This document shows positions 50,467 to 62,121 of a stretch of 64,000 nucleotides of DNA, in pieces. The stretch is from assembly GCA_025201805.1 (NCBI GenBank), contig MU619238.1, positions 1 to 64,000 of the forward strand. The letters are read 5' to 3'. The DNA is from Parasitella parasitica NRRL 2501 (Eukaryota; Fungi; Mucoromycota). Position numbers and translations under genes: made by a program. The number at the start of each line of letters is the position of its first letter. The first letter of the stretch is position 1. Under the pieces are notes generated by a model. The model made no database searches. It had not been told where the DNA came from and worked only from the letters and a program-made list of their open reading frames with translations.

Positions 50467-50969
50467 CTTTGTTACCTTTTTTAAATCATCTTTTTCTTTT
50501 TATTTTGTCAAAGTGTCGTGTGCAGAGATGTGTTAGTTTTGTGTTGTTTTAATAAGTGTATATAAAGTATAAAGTAAGAGATGAAAGATAGATGATATTT
50601 ATTCTTTTGTATTTCAATTGATATTTATAATAACTGACAGTGTTACATACAAAGTCTGCATGTACCTGACAACTTGCTATTTGTTTTAATTACAAAGTTG
50701 AGAGGATCGAGTTCAACAGATTTTCATGATTACTAGTAAAAAATATAGAAATACTCGTTTTCTCTCAAGATCCAGATAGTCAAAATGTCGTTTCAATGTA
50801 TCTTTTTATACTGGTTTTCCAAGGATTAATGATTATGATATGAACCGAAATTTTAGTGGATTATTAATCTGCCATAATTATAGACAGGAGATCACGGCAT
50901 ATTAGACTTTATAAAACGCATACACATCAGGATTATTGTTTTATTTGAAGTCTATATTATATTCTGTTT

Positions 50970-53900
50970 CTACAAATCCCACACAATTTCATCAACATAC
51001 ATTGAAACGGTTTGTCTTGATCCGCCGAAAGCATCCAAGTCGTCCACATAAATTTTAAGCTGTCCCGGCATGCTTTCTTTGGGGTTAGAGATGGCAATTG
51101 AAAGAGTAGTGGTTCCTCCAGGCTCTACAGTACCAGAACGATCTTCATTTAATCCAGAAATCATCACAATTTCATTAGCCGGAAATTCAGCCGGGCCTTC
51201 CACCGATACCTTGAACCGTAAGGGTACCTTGTTGGCATGATTGATAATTGTAAGAGGCAGATTCTCTGGCATGCACGCAGAATCCATGATATCAGAGCTT
51301 CTATTATCATTGTCCTGATAGTAGGTTACGAGCTTGAAATCTAGTCTTCGTTCACTAAGAGCAAAAGTAGCTGTTTCATCTAAAGCACATCTCACAGGGA
51401 TTGTTTCTCTCATCCTAGCTGTTTGAACGCCTTCTACCTCATCGTCATCATCTTCTGCGGGACTTGTAGTTACCCAAATTTTGGCCATAATGACACCAGC
51501 AGGATCGGTGAGCTCAGGACGATTACAAGGCAAACGAGAAGTTTCATTAGGCGATGCTCTTACTCTAACTTCAATGCTGCCCTGAGGACCAATTGCAATA
51601 TCACCTTTGAGAGGAGAATTAGTGTAGCGAGACAAGACATCCAAATTAACGTAGGAGCTCAATTCGGGCGTGATATCAGCACCAATTTCAAACCGTAAAT
51701 CGTCATCTGTCTTGTTGTGTATCACAAACCAGTTATCACAGGGTGCGTTTTGAAGAGCAATAGGATGATGCAACGTGGGCAGCACCAATTCGCCGTTACT
51801 TGATAAACGTTCAAACCGTAATTCAAACACTGTCATCAGCGCCTTCAAATGAAGGTGCATTACGTTGGCATGATTGCGCAAATTTTCAATTTGAACATCA
51901 AAACGATGTAACCCAGAGGTTTGGTCAGGCATTTGTTTAGGCGTTAGCAAACCCTCGATGCGCTGATGCTTGCGCGATGGGATATAAAATGTCTTTTGTT
52001 TGATTGCGACCCCATTACGATCCAGGGGAGTAAAGCTCATAAACTCGGGTGTATTGATAATGTATGTAGCCGGTACATCCGACAAGTTGCGGATTTCAGC
52101 TTCAAAGCGAGCAGGTTTGTAAGAAGTGCTGTGTCCAATTTTACCCAAATCAATACGATCCACAACAAGTTCCGTTCGAGACACACAAAACAAAGCTTCC
52201 AATTCAAGAGCAAGAACCTCCAACTTCTGATGAGCGTCATACAATACCATCATGCCTTTCAGGGACCCGCTTTGGCCTTGGAGCGCTAAATATCTACCGT
52301 CTTCATCCAGTTTTTCAGCAGATGGGTTATGCAAACGCACACAAATTCGTTGACCAGGTTGCAACAAGACTTGACCGCTACGTTGTGCAAATAGGCTCTC
52401 CTTGTGTTCAACAGCAACATTTTTGATTTTGTTTTCATTGACAGCGAAACCAGCAGTGATGTCGATATCGCTCATGACTACAAGCTGCATTGGCTGTCCA
52501 GATGTATTTGCAATGTCGATCTCACGTACATAGAGACGGTTTGCATCAGCTTCTGGTAACTCTATCATCCGCAAAACTGTTTCATCTTCACTCTGTTGAG
52601 CCACGGGACTGATGTACACACTTTCCCATTTGATAACAGGCAATGGATCAGCTTCATGATGATCAATTTGTTTACAAGAATTCGTATAGCCATTTAGAGG
52701 TTTATTGCCCAAAAGCCGCCTTTTAAAAGGCAAAGTCCAGGCATTCAACTTTTTACAATTCACAAAGAGTCGAACGCGAATCACAAACACCTCCTGGCTG
52801 TTTCTTTTGTTGGTCACAATCAGCTTTTCATTCAAAAGTCCATAGCGATATGCGTTGATTCTAAACGTGATCTGGGCCAAAGAGGCTGCAGTCGAGCTGC
52901 AATCATTCAAAGAGCCACGGCAAACACTGTCAACACTGCCAGAGACATCATTTGGTTGAGGGCTCGCGAGGCTTTCCTTTCGCTTCTTTTCGTCCGCATC
53001 CAAATATCCGATATCCGAATCTCTGTGAATTTCAGGACTACGCCATCCACGCAAAGTGCCACTACGACGATCTAATTCAATATTTGCGCTTGAGCATTCA
53101 ATGTCGTAATCCAATGGAAGCTCTCCAGATTTGTTCTTGATGGTGAAGGCGCCGCAGATTTCTTGTTGCAGCAGATCAGTATAGCCCAAATTAATAACTT
53201 TGTCAGACACCTCAAGATGGGATTGTCCAATGATGGATATGAATTTGACGGTCTGAGTCAGCATCAACAGCATCTCTTGTTCTTTTGGCTCATGGTCAGA
53301 ATCGTCCTTTTCGTAGACAGAGAATTTTATTCCGCCAACCAGTTTACGGCACTCGTCAGCCGAGTTGCCAAGATATCCCGTCAATAGATTAGGCTGAACA
53401 GCCACCCAAACAGTTGCCATACCTTTATGCTTCAAAGGCATCATCTCCACAAGGCCATGCTCACCAGCCTCATCCATAAATATCAACACTTGATGGGACA
53501 AGTTACTTTGACATGTAATAAAAACATCTTGGCTAGAGTTGTTCTCAATCAAAAGAGGAGTTACTTGAGAATACTTGCTTCCAGGATCAACATAGGAGAA
53601 GCCGAGATCCATTATGCCGTTTGCCTCATTGTCCAAAGAGGGGAAATTCAAATACGTGCTGCAATGAACTAAACACTGAATGGTAAAAGGCTGTATAGAC
53701 CCAGTGTGCTTGTTTATGACAGAGAACTTGAATTGTTGTCTGCCCACTTGGGTGGGTTTTATGCCATAGCGAATTTTCTTTGTTTCTCCAGGCAGCAGAC
53801 CCTTAACTTCCTCATCGGCATCAAAGTAAAATACTGATGGTTCTTGAGCAGTGGACAGCATGAGCTCCACAGGCTTGTCCGATGTATTGGTAACCCTGAC

Positions 53901-56900
53901 GTAGAATACAGTATCTTGATTCACCTCGACACGACCGCCATCGAAAAAGTCTCTTTCCAGTTTGATGGCTTCTTTCTCAACTACAGGCTCTTTGATATTA
54001 TCAGGAACAGCGCTGGTTTCACCATGATTAGTCGTAGTGCTCTCTTCAACAAGCAAAGCAGGATGAGCTAATTCAGTAGATTTATCAGTAAGAGATTTTG
54101 TAGCAGTAGTCGAAACCATAGTCGCAGACAAGGCGGTGGTGGCACCAATGGCAGCAGTGGCAGCAGCAGCAGAAGTAGCGTTAGTGGAACTAGCCATTGA
54201 CGCAGTATATGCTCTAGTTGATGCAGCGCCAGTATTTTCACCATCATTTTCAATAGCTAGTGCATCAATGTAGGCGGCTTCATTCGTGTAGACTTCGGCA
54301 GCATAAACAACACTTTTGCATACATCAGTATTCTTATATTCGTGTACCAAAATACGGCCCTTGACAGAAATGGCGGCATGAAGCTCTCGATCATCCTTGG
54401 TATCTTGTGTTTGAAATGGCCTCGGTACAGGCTTGAAAGTGACAGACACGGTTTTGGAAGCATGTGCATCAAGATGAAATACAATACTCTCTGCAGTCTT
54501 TTTGAATATCGCGTTGTTTTCCTTGATACTACTGGCAGATGTTGCTGGTTCGATATTGTTAACATTAGCATCCTTGGCATTGGTTTCGACAGTAGACGGA
54601 CAATCTGAAGATGGAGGTTCTTTTGCTTCAACATCATATCCAGTTTTGGGAGATTCGATGGGAGCAATGTTCTCTTTGGAATCAGAACCCTCATTTTCGC
54701 TTTCCAAATTCTTCAATTTAGCAAGTTTACGCAGGTACTTTTTGACTTTATCAGGCTGAGCTTTACGTTTAGCAATCTTGAGCTTTTGCTCCAAATTCTC
54801 AATTTCTTCTTCAGCTTCTTTAGTCAAGGTATTGGTGTCATCTTCCTTGACGTCAAATTCAAATTCACCATAGTAGCGGCCAAATATCACCTCATTTGGA
54901 TCCACCCTTACTTCAAACATGCGAGATTGCTTGTTGGTGTTTGTCAACACAATAGTCTCGGTGCGCTGACAAAGCTGATCTACCAAGCAGCGTCCAAAGG
55001 AAATCTCCAAAGACTTGATCAAGAAAGTAGACGGCTTGCGAACTTGAGCTTTCAGCAGCAACACTTGATCGTTGGTGCGATCACGGATATTCTCGACCAC
55101 CAGTTTCTCCATGAACGGACCAGACAAAGTCGGTTCAAACACAAAATCAACCTCTCGCTTACCGTAGGAACGGACGACACCGTAACGACCTACATCCAGA
55201 TCAATGTCTCCTGAAGCGATCGACCCTGATTTCCGAATAGCGTAGAGCAGAGGCGTCTCACTACGATTGTGCAACACAATTGTCTTGGCATGGCGTTCAT
55301 TTCGCTCGACAAGCCCAAAGTTGATGTTCTTCTGACCCAAGTCCATCACAGAACGACACAGCTGAGAACGCAGAATCACCTCACGTACAGGGATATCGGT
55401 CTGTCTCAAGTCCAGCAAGTTTTCAAATTCGGTTTGTTCGATATCACGGTCAAATTGCACTAATCTCAAAAAGATGCGAGCGTCTTGTTTCTTGGGAGCA
55501 GATTGGATATGGGGTTTAGTAGAGCCGCAGGGAGTTATTACTACGACAACTTCCTCCTCGCCCTTGGGATCAACATCAACGAGCGAAGTGCGCACCAAAA
55601 CACCCTTCTCTACCAGACGATCGAGCTCTCTGCGCCATGCCAGTTGATATCGGACAAATTGCTCTTCGGCAGATTGTTTAGGAAACAAGGGAGGTGCAGT
55701 CTTGGAGCCGTGTTCAAGCACAGAGATCAAGTCTTCGAACGGAACACGCGATTTACCTGCAATGTCAGACCAGTCCAGATTCTTTCTAGACTTATACCTT
55801 GCAGCTGTGATGCCCAAAGAACGCTTGGTCTTTGCGTTACGTGTGCCATAGTTGTTGTGGCGAGTATGGTCAGACAATCTCGTGGTATCAATGCGTTTCT
55901 TTGTCGTGGATGATGAAGCTGCACTGCTACTGTTGATCTTGGCAGATGTAGAAACACGAAGGTGATGACGACCCCCGGCTGCAAGTGTTGCATCTTTGCT
56001 GGCATCGCCGTTTGCTCCATGTTTGGTGTTGGCGATGTGTCTGCTGTTGGTAGCATTATTGTGCTTTTTGCCTGTAACTGGCCGCTGATGATGCTGAGGC
56101 TTGTTGGGTTGCACAGCATCATTCAAATCCGTGTCCTTGCCATCCACGCAACCACTCTCTTCGGGTATATGCAATAATCTGCTGTGGCCCTTGCGATGGT
56201 TCTTCAAGAAGCTGGGATCTGAACTGACTTGGATCATCTTTCTTCTATAGGATTTGAGAGAGTGCAAAGATGGCAGGGCTAAATCAAGGTAAGCAGTCGA
56301 CGAATGAGCCTGATCAATCTTCAATTGCTGTACTGAATTACGGAAGCGTCTAGCAGCCATCAAGTCCTTTTTCGCATCTGATGTACGTCTTTTGCTGGTT
56401 GCTTCAGATTCAGAAATTGGCGTTTTCGATGTGTCCTTGGATGCAGGGGGTTTTGGTTTAGCAATGCGGCGGTTGCTGATTGATTCCAGCAGGAGCTTGG
56501 ACCGTCTTCTGCTACTGACTGTCGATGCGAGCGCAGTAGCGGGTATATCAGCAACAACGTCTCCCTTCTCAATGGCTTCGGCAGTAATAGAGTTGGAAAG
56601 CTTTGACGATGATGAAAGGTTGGCCGAATTTGTTGTCGCGGCAGACGCTGCATTCAGGGCAGCAGATGAGGCGACGGCGCTCGCTGTGGCAGCAGGCGTT
56701 GCGTTTTCGTTAATCTTGTTCTTATTTCGAGTGTAGATGGCAATATCATCGGGTATCGATGTGGTGATTTCCAGCTGCAGTGGCTTGTTTCTGATATTTT
56801 CGACCGTAAATGTTCGCAATGAAGGCGAATTGAGAGCAATCGAACCAAAGTCGAGGAAATTTGCACCTGTTGCCGTCAAGATGCGGTAAAACAAGGAATG

Positions 56901-59051
56901 AAAAGTTACTCTGTTCTTGTCAATGTTGGTGCTGTGGACTTCGATGATCTGGTCGTTGTCCTTGTTAATAAAGTTGACGAGGGTAATCTGCTTGCGATAG
57001 TCAGGATTGACTTTGCGAGGATACAAGTCCAACTTGAGTTCTACATAGCTTCTTGGCTGAATGGTGATTTCACCTCGTAGACAATTGAGCACTTTTGAAC
57101 TGAACTGAAGCTCCACACGTGCCAATATGTCTGAGCGGTTGAAGATGTTGATAGGCAGAGACTTGAGGGTACCCACGTCTGTATCACCAAAGTTGATCAC
57201 TTTTGGAATAGCTTCTACAAAAGAGGTGCAGGTTCTTGCCCTACATTGAATCACTTTTTTTTCTTTTGGCTCTTCCGTGCGAAAGGTACCATATTCAAGC
57301 AGAATTCTAAAATTCCTTCGAATTAGCTGACCGGCATTAAAGTCTGTAATACAGGCGTCCTTTTGCGGTCGATAGGAGACTTGGATCACTCGCTCAGTAC
57401 CTGGTTTCAGCACAAAATCTTCGATGCGTGTATAGCTTTCAGTTGTGCTTAAAGTCTCAGGGGCGTTTGAGAAAGGAGCAACAACCGAGGCAGATGATAC
57501 TGAACCCGCGGGAGAATTCTCTACAAAGGAACCAGAATCTGGAAACATGCTGCTGTCAACGCTCATCAGACCACTCAAACCAAGCTCAGAATCAGAATCC
57601 TCCGGGATTGTTGGCTGCGATGGATAATGGATGCGAGAACTGCCAGGCGATTCGGTCAACGCAGGCGAACAGGAGCCATCGTTGTCAGATGCGCGGACTG
57701 GAGTAGGCGAGGATGATCGAGAGCTCAATTCGCTGTTAGGGCCTGATAGCTCACTCATACCCGTAGCAGGTGTGTTTACTCCGCCTGTGTTGTTGCGACT
57801 CGTGCTATTATTGCTGTATTTCCGTCTCGTCGAGTTCATTCTAGTCGAGTCCACACGATCCAAAAATGCCTCATTTCGCTCCACAACAGTTGTATCTTGC
57901 TTGATGTCAAAAATGACTTCGGCGCCATCAGGCAAAAACCGCACTTCTAATGGCGATTCGCTGACATTGTTCAGCACGATTTGTTGCACAGCCCAAGCAC
58001 CAGAAATACAATCACCAAAATCTACCACATTGCCGCTGCTAACGATCAACGTCTCCTTTCTCAGCACAGATCGAACGGTAGCATGTACTTTGGTCTGCAC
58101 TACATTGCGAGCGTCGTTTTCGTTTTCGACTTGCAAGTCGTAGTTGTATTCGCCGACCTCCTTGGGCATAAAGAGCATACGAACTTGCTTGCTGGAATAA
58201 CTGAGGATAGGCTCGTCCAAAACCAACGCAGCACCCGTATCCGCATCGACGAACTGCAACCAATCTGAATTACTGATATCCATGGTGTTCAGCAGCCAAT
58301 ACAGATCAATCTCGGATCTATTCTGTATCGTAAAATCCTTGTAGTACGTCTCGCCCAATACACAATCATCAAAGTTCAAGCCAGTTTCTGCAACATCCGT
58401 CCACAACGCAGACTGGCACACACTCGCTCTGAATTTAACAGACACTTGGTAGTCGGCTAAACTGGAGGTGTATAGCACATCTTTTACTGCTGCGCCATCG
58501 TCGACCTGATTTCTATCAGCCGAGTTGCTGTAATATCCAAAGAAAAAAAGACTTCCAGTAACGTTAAACATACTGAATGTCTCGGTGTCATCTGCAACTG
58601 AAATATCAAAGTCATCTTCGTTGTTCTCTCGAGCATCATCGGCAAGACGAGACGAAGTTTCTGGTAAGAACGCCAATATAAAGCTGCGAGTCTGGCCAGC
58701 AGCCAAACTGATTTGGTCAATATGGTTGATGTAATTGAACAACTGATTAAATGGGTATTTTCCAGCCTCACGAGACCAGCTCACAGTGTTGGTTGTCATG
58801 ATGTTTTCTAGACTTGCTTGCGGGAGGCTGGATATGTTTTCGTTTTCTAATTGAAAAGCAATTTGATTTCGCAAATTAGACCTCATCTTGACGAGGATAG
58901 TCTGATCTGACAAGTTGTGAATCTCGAGTTTTCTGAGTGCATGCAGTCCGTTCAGATATACATTGTCTAGTGTGATGCGGCCATGGAGTCCAGATAACTC
59001 AAACATTGGTTTTGTCGTGGTATTAGCGAGTGTCGTCGGTTCATTATTCAT
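50970..59051 (-). CDS. Giant uncharacterised 2693-aa protein with multiple ASH/PapD-like Ig repeats
   Basis: 8.08-kb stop-free frame with a recurring [IL][DN]FG-x(12-16)-[IL]xN-x(3-4)-P motif and Ser/Ala-rich linkers. Confidence 0.85.
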   Translation of the reverse strand: MNNEPTTLANTTTKPMFELSGLHGRITLDNVYLNGLHALRKLEIHNLSDQTILVKMRSNLRNQIAFQLENENISSLPQASLENIMTTNTVSWSREAGKYPFNQLFNYINHIDQISLAAGQTRSFILAFLPETSSRLADDARENNEDDFDISVADDTETFSMFNVTGSLFFFGYYSNSADRNQVDDGAAVKDVLYTSSLADYQVSVKFRASVCQSALWTDVAETGLNFDDCVLGETYYKDFTIQNRSEIDLYWLLNTMDISNSDWLQFVDADTGAALVLDEPILSYSSKQVRMLFMPKEVGEYNYDLQVENENDARNVVQTKVHATVRSVLRKETLIVSSGNVVDFGDCISGAWAVQQIVLNNVSESPLEVRFLPDGAEVIFDIKQDTTVVERNEAFLDRVDSTRMNSTRRKYSNNSTSRNNTGGVNTPATGMSELSGPNSELSSRSSSPTPVRASDNDGSCSPALTESPGSSRIHYPSQPTIPEDSDSELGLSGLMSVDSSMFPDSGSFVENSPAGSVSSASVVAPFSNAPETLSTTESYTRIEDFVLKPGTERVIQVSYRPQKDACITDFNAGQLIRRNFRILLEYGTFRTEEPKEKKVIQCRARTCTSFVEAIPKVINFGDTDVGTLKSLPINIFNRSDILARVELQFSSKVLNCLRGEITIQPRSYVELKLDLYPRKVNPDYRKQITLVNFINKDNDQIIEVHSTNIDKNRVTFHSLFYRILTATGANFLDFGSIALNSPSLRTFTVENIRNKPLQLEITTSIPDDIAIYTRNKNKINENATPAATASAVASSAALNAASAATTNSANLSSSSKLSNSITAEAIEKGDVVADIPATALASTVSSRRRSKLLLESISNRRIAKPKPPASKDTSKTPISESEATSKRRTSDAKKDLMAARRFRNSVQQLKIDQAHSSTAYLDLALPSLHSLKSYRRKMIQVSSDPSFLKNHRKGHSRLLHIPEESGCVDGKDTDLNDAVQPNKPQHHQRPVTGKKHNNATNSRHIANTKHGANGDASKDATLAAGGRHHLRVSTSAKINSSSAASSSTTKKRIDTTRLSDHTRHNNYGTRNAKTKRSLGITAARYKSRKNLDWSDIAGKSRVPFEDLISVLEHGSKTAPPLFPKQSAEEQFVRYQLAWRRELDRLVEKGVLVRTSLVDVDPKGEEEVVVVITPCGSTKPHIQSAPKKQDARIFLRLVQFDRDIEQTEFENLLDLRQTDIPVREVILRSQLCRSVMDLGQKNINFGLVERNERHAKTIVLHNRSETPLLYAIRKSGSIASGDIDLDVGRYGVVRSYGKREVDFVFEPTLSGPFMEKLVVENIRDRTNDQVLLLKAQVRKPSTFLIKSLEISFGRCLVDQLCQRTETIVLTNTNKQSRMFEVRVDPNEVIFGRYYGEFEFDVKEDDTNTLTKEAEEEIENLEQKLKIAKRKAQPDKVKKYLRKLAKLKNLESENEGSDSKENIAPIESPKTGYDVEAKEPPSSDCPSTVETNAKDANVNNIEPATSASSIKENNAIFKKTAESIVFHLDAHASKTVSVTFKPVPRPFQTQDTKDDRELHAAISVKGRILVHEYKNTDVCKSVVYAAEVYTNEAAYIDALAIENDGENTGAASTRAYTASMASSTNATSAAAATAAIGATTALSATMVSTTATKSLTDKSTELAHPALLVEESTTTNHGETSAVPDNIKEPVVEKEAIKLERDFFDGGRVEVNQDTVFYVRVTNTSDKPVELMLSTAQEPSVFYFDADEEVKGLLPGETKKIRYGIKPTQVGRQQFKFSVINKHTGSIQPFTIQCLVHCSTYLNFPSLDNEANGIMDLGFSYVDPGSKYSQVTPLLIENNSSQDVFITCQSNLSHQVLIFMDEAGEHGLVEMMPLKHKGMATVWVAVQPNLLTGYLGNSADECRKLVGGIKFSVYEKDDSDHEPKEQEMLLMLTQTVKFISIIGQSHLEVSDKVINLGYTDLLQQEICGAFTIKNKSGELPLDYDIECSSANIELDRRSGTLRGWRSPEIHRDSDIGYLDADEKKRKESLASPQPNDVSGSVDSVCRGSLNDCSSTAASLAQITFRINAYRYGLLNEKLIVTNKRNSQEVFVIRVRLFVNCKKLNAWTLPFKRRLLGNKPLNGYTNSCKQIDHHEADPLPVIKWESVYISPVAQQSEDETVLRMIELPEADANRLYVREIDIANTSGQPMQLVVMSDIDITAGFAVNENKIKNVAVEHKESLFAQRSGQVLLQPGQRICVRLHNPSAEKLDEDGRYLALQGQSGSLKGMMVLYDAHQKLEVLALELEALFCVSRTELVVDRIDLGKIGHSTSYKPARFEAEIRNLSDVPATYIINTPEFMSFTPLDRNGVAIKQKTFYIPSRKHQRIEGLLTPKQMPDQTSGLHRFDVQIENLRNHANVMHLHLKALMTVFELRFERLSSNGELVLPTLHHPIALQNAPCDNWFVIHNKTDDDLRFEIGADITPELSSYVNLDVLSRYTNSPLKGDIAIGPQGSIEVRVRASPNETSRLPCNRPELTDPAGVIMAKIWVTTSPAEDDDDEVEGVQTARMRETIPVRCALDETATFALSERRLDFKLVTYYQDNDNRSSDIMDSACMPENLPLTIINHANKVPLRFKVSVEGPAEFPANEIVMISGLNEDRSGTVEPGGTTTLSIAISNPKESMPGQLKIYVDDLDAFGGSRQTVSMYVDEIVWDL

Positions 59052-59979
59052 AATAAAGAGTTTCTATGAATTCTCATTAATNNNNNNNNNNNNNNNNNNN
59101 NNNNNNAAAAAAAAAAAAAAAAAAAAAAAAAAGTATTTACAAAGTATGTGTTGTTGTCCAAACAAGTCTTTGTCTTGTGTGTCTTTTGTGTCTTGTGTGT
59201 CTTGTGTCCTCTGCGATGCCCTGCTGGTAAAGTACGTAGAAAAAGAGGCTTCTATGGAGTATTTAAAGAAGAAAACGAAGAAAAAAGAATAAGAAAAAAT
59301 GAGAAACTGACAAAGCATTTCCACATCTAAAACATAATACGGCACATACAAACCTTGTGACACGTGTGGTTCAAACCAAAGATCCCGACTTTTATAGTGA
59401 ACGAATGGCTCAGTTAGTTGATGTATAAGAGCTTGTCGATTAGCTATTGATGAACCCTGTTTTTTATTTTATTTTATCAAGGTATAATGATATGTGCAAA
59501 AGAAGAAGCACTTTGATCTCCGGCCCCAATTGCTGTTGCTTTGAAGGAACCACTCGAATTGTTTGTTGTGGTATTATTCCCAGCATGGGATTACGTGAAA
59601 TGCTATACCGTTGGCTTTTTGTTTGGGCTCAAATATGCGCTCAAGTACATGTGATACTTTTCAACGCTTTTAATAGTATTCTAAAAGCAGCTTCTCGCTC
59701 GACGATAATACCGAATCCCTTGTTATGTGCTTCTCTAGTGGATGCATGTATGTAGTTGATTTTTGTGTTTATTTTCAAATGTTTGCATATGCCCCCATGA
59801 TGCTGCCAAATATATACTATAGTTTTTGATGTGCAACCTTGAAAACGGGATTCCGTGTTTACGCAGCAATAGCAATCAAAGACTGTCCATTTTCACCATG
59901 GCAGCGGAAAATTCATTACTAGCAGTATTATTAATCACCAAAGAACGGGGCCGTGGCTTTGACTAAAAATAAAAGATGG

Positions 59980-61742
59980 TTATTTATTCTTGGTATACAG
60001 TCGTGTACACCATGATTGAATGACACGAGAAATGTACAGAGAACGAGGGGACCAACTAATGTAGCTAACATGATGTCCGGCCTATTTGTCAACCGTGTTT
60101 AGTCTTTTCAACATGCACAACGTATCATAGCACAGACTTACAGGCAACAGAATAAGCGTGCATGTGGAATTGGGAGCAGTGGCTGAAATGGACGTTAGGA
60201 TATTCTAACTAGGGCACTGAATTTTCAGCTTACCTTCATCGCAAGCAATCTTCATCGCTTTGGACATTTTGCATTCAGTAAGGCTATCACGTTCCCCTGC
60301 AACCAGTAAAAATGGTACCAGGCTCTTTGTCTTGGGCACTAGAGCCAAGGGAGAATGCTGGTTCAAGAAGTCGACATCTACTTTATCCAAGTTGGCTACC
60401 TTTTTACAAAAGAAAAGAGCATGGTGAGGATCGCTGATTTGGTCCAAAGAACCACTCAAGCTAACAACACCACGAACTGAGGTATCCACACTTTCAAATC
60501 CTGGCTGAAACTGAGGATTATTCGTCGTCATAGAAACCATGCAAGCCAAGTGAGCACCGGCAGAGTCGCCTACGTTAACCATAAGAATGTGTTTCTAGAT
60601 CAAAAGCAAATGTATTTTCACCTGACAAGACGATGAAGTTGGGGTCACCGCCAAACGACGAAATGTTTTGCTTTAACCAACGAATGGCACGTTTGATATC
60701 CATCAGATGAGTAGGATAAGCATTCTTTGGAGCCAAGCGATAGCCGACATTGACAGTAATCTATGCCGACAAGTTAGAATCTACAAGCTTGTGCAAGTAC
60801 CACGTAGGCTTCCTTACCCAATTGTTCTCTGAGATCATCAACTTCTGAAACGGATAAAAAGTATCCTTGGAACCCATTCTCCATGCTCCACCATGAATAT
60901 GTACCTTTGTTGCATGCACACATTTAGGATCCAACGGGTAATCTTCCATATAAACGTGTGTACTTACTAAAACTGGCCTTAATCTAGCGTCAGTTGTTGA
61001 AGGTACTTCCTGAGAGAAAATATCCAGCATCATTTTCCGAGGCTGACTAAAATCTTGGTTTGATGTTTCCAATGCGTCTCTAATCTCCTCGTTTGTTGCA
61101 TAGGTAACTGATAGGCAATGAATTGTTTAAACATTTTTACTATTATCACACAAGCACCTTACTGTTGGGATGAACTTTAATATTTGCTGGTGTCCAAATG
61201 GGATTGATCAATTTCTTCAAATCGTCAAAGCTAACTATGTATTTGAGTAAACTGGACAATATTACACATCATTTTTCTTGTACCAAATAATGCTAGCCAT
61301 AGGCTTGCTTGTGTTGTCCAGAGATCTGATCGTCTCATCAGCTACACTTTTGTCTTTGAGCATTTCGAGGAACAAAACCGCAAGACCACCGAAATTAACA
61401 AAGTCGATGGAATAAAAGAGCCAAGCCAAAGTGTAATCTAGAAGTATATAAACATGAATCCAATGCAATTTTTTTTAAAAAAAACAATCAGGGAACCAAC
61501 TTACTGAATCCACCCAAGAAGCCGACAATCTTGATCCATACCAAATTAATAAATATAATTTGAAGGGAGAATTCAGTTACCATGGAAGAGGTAACTTCGA
61601 TAATAAATAGATACTTGCGCAATGAATGAGCGAATAGCTGCCTAATCACAGGCTTATCAAATGCGCAGAGGATGAAAAACGAGGTAAATAGCACAGAGAA
61701 TATGTAGCTAGTAGCAGCAAATGCTGAAAATAGCGAAAGCAT
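59980..61742 (-). CDS. Membrane-anchored alpha/beta hydrolase (HSL/carboxylesterase-like; isoprenylcysteine methylesterase-like), multi-exon
   Basis: HIHGGAW, YRLAP, FGGDP, GDSAGAHL, acid residue in GERD and catalytic His in AGHH; N-terminal TM segments. Confidence 0.88.
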
Positions 61743-62121
61743 ATTATCTGGCAAAAGAGACTGAAAGAAGGCTCTTTCCACACTTTAAACAGCTCTTTTT
61801 AAATACGGTAGGCATCGTTGTCATGTGAAAAAGGGTCATCCTATTAAAGCTCCACATCAAAAAAAAAAGAAGAAGAATGCTTCATCGTAACTTGTATCCA
61901 TTCTTCCACTGAATTTTGCAATTATTTTGAAAATTTGTGTGAGGTCAAGTTGCCCAGAATAATGGGGTTAACTTGGTCAAATGATTGAAACTGACTTGCC
62001 CAGCATTTTGAAAATAAATTTACTGCAATGTTCAAATAATTTGGCCAGCTTTTGATAACAATTCTTTATGAGTAAGTAATCGCATTTTGGATGAAGTCTT
62101 AAAGTGAATAATAGTGAGGTA

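Noticed and set aside
51423-58771. Many overlapping antisense and alternate-frame ORFs inside the giant gene (also inside the ALMT and GT genes)
   Set aside because: Shadows of a long GC-richer coding sequence with no recognisable motifs.
59165-59210. 9-bp TGTGTCTT(G/T) tandem units upstream of the giant ORF; also TAGACATGCTA-like units at about 2095-2155 and CTCGCCT units at about 13980
   Set aside because: Ordinary micro/minisatellites with no evidence of function.
23027-60967. Stop-free introns with length a multiple of 3 (SNF4 23027-23086, SAL1 39225-39287, ALMT 42922-42984, hydrolase 60905-60967)
   Set aside because: About four among several dozen short introns is roughly what chance would give; there is no evidence of regulated retention.
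4966-61742. Search for U12-type or non-canonical introns
   Set aside because: All introns I resolved were GT-AG without the RTATCCTT donor.
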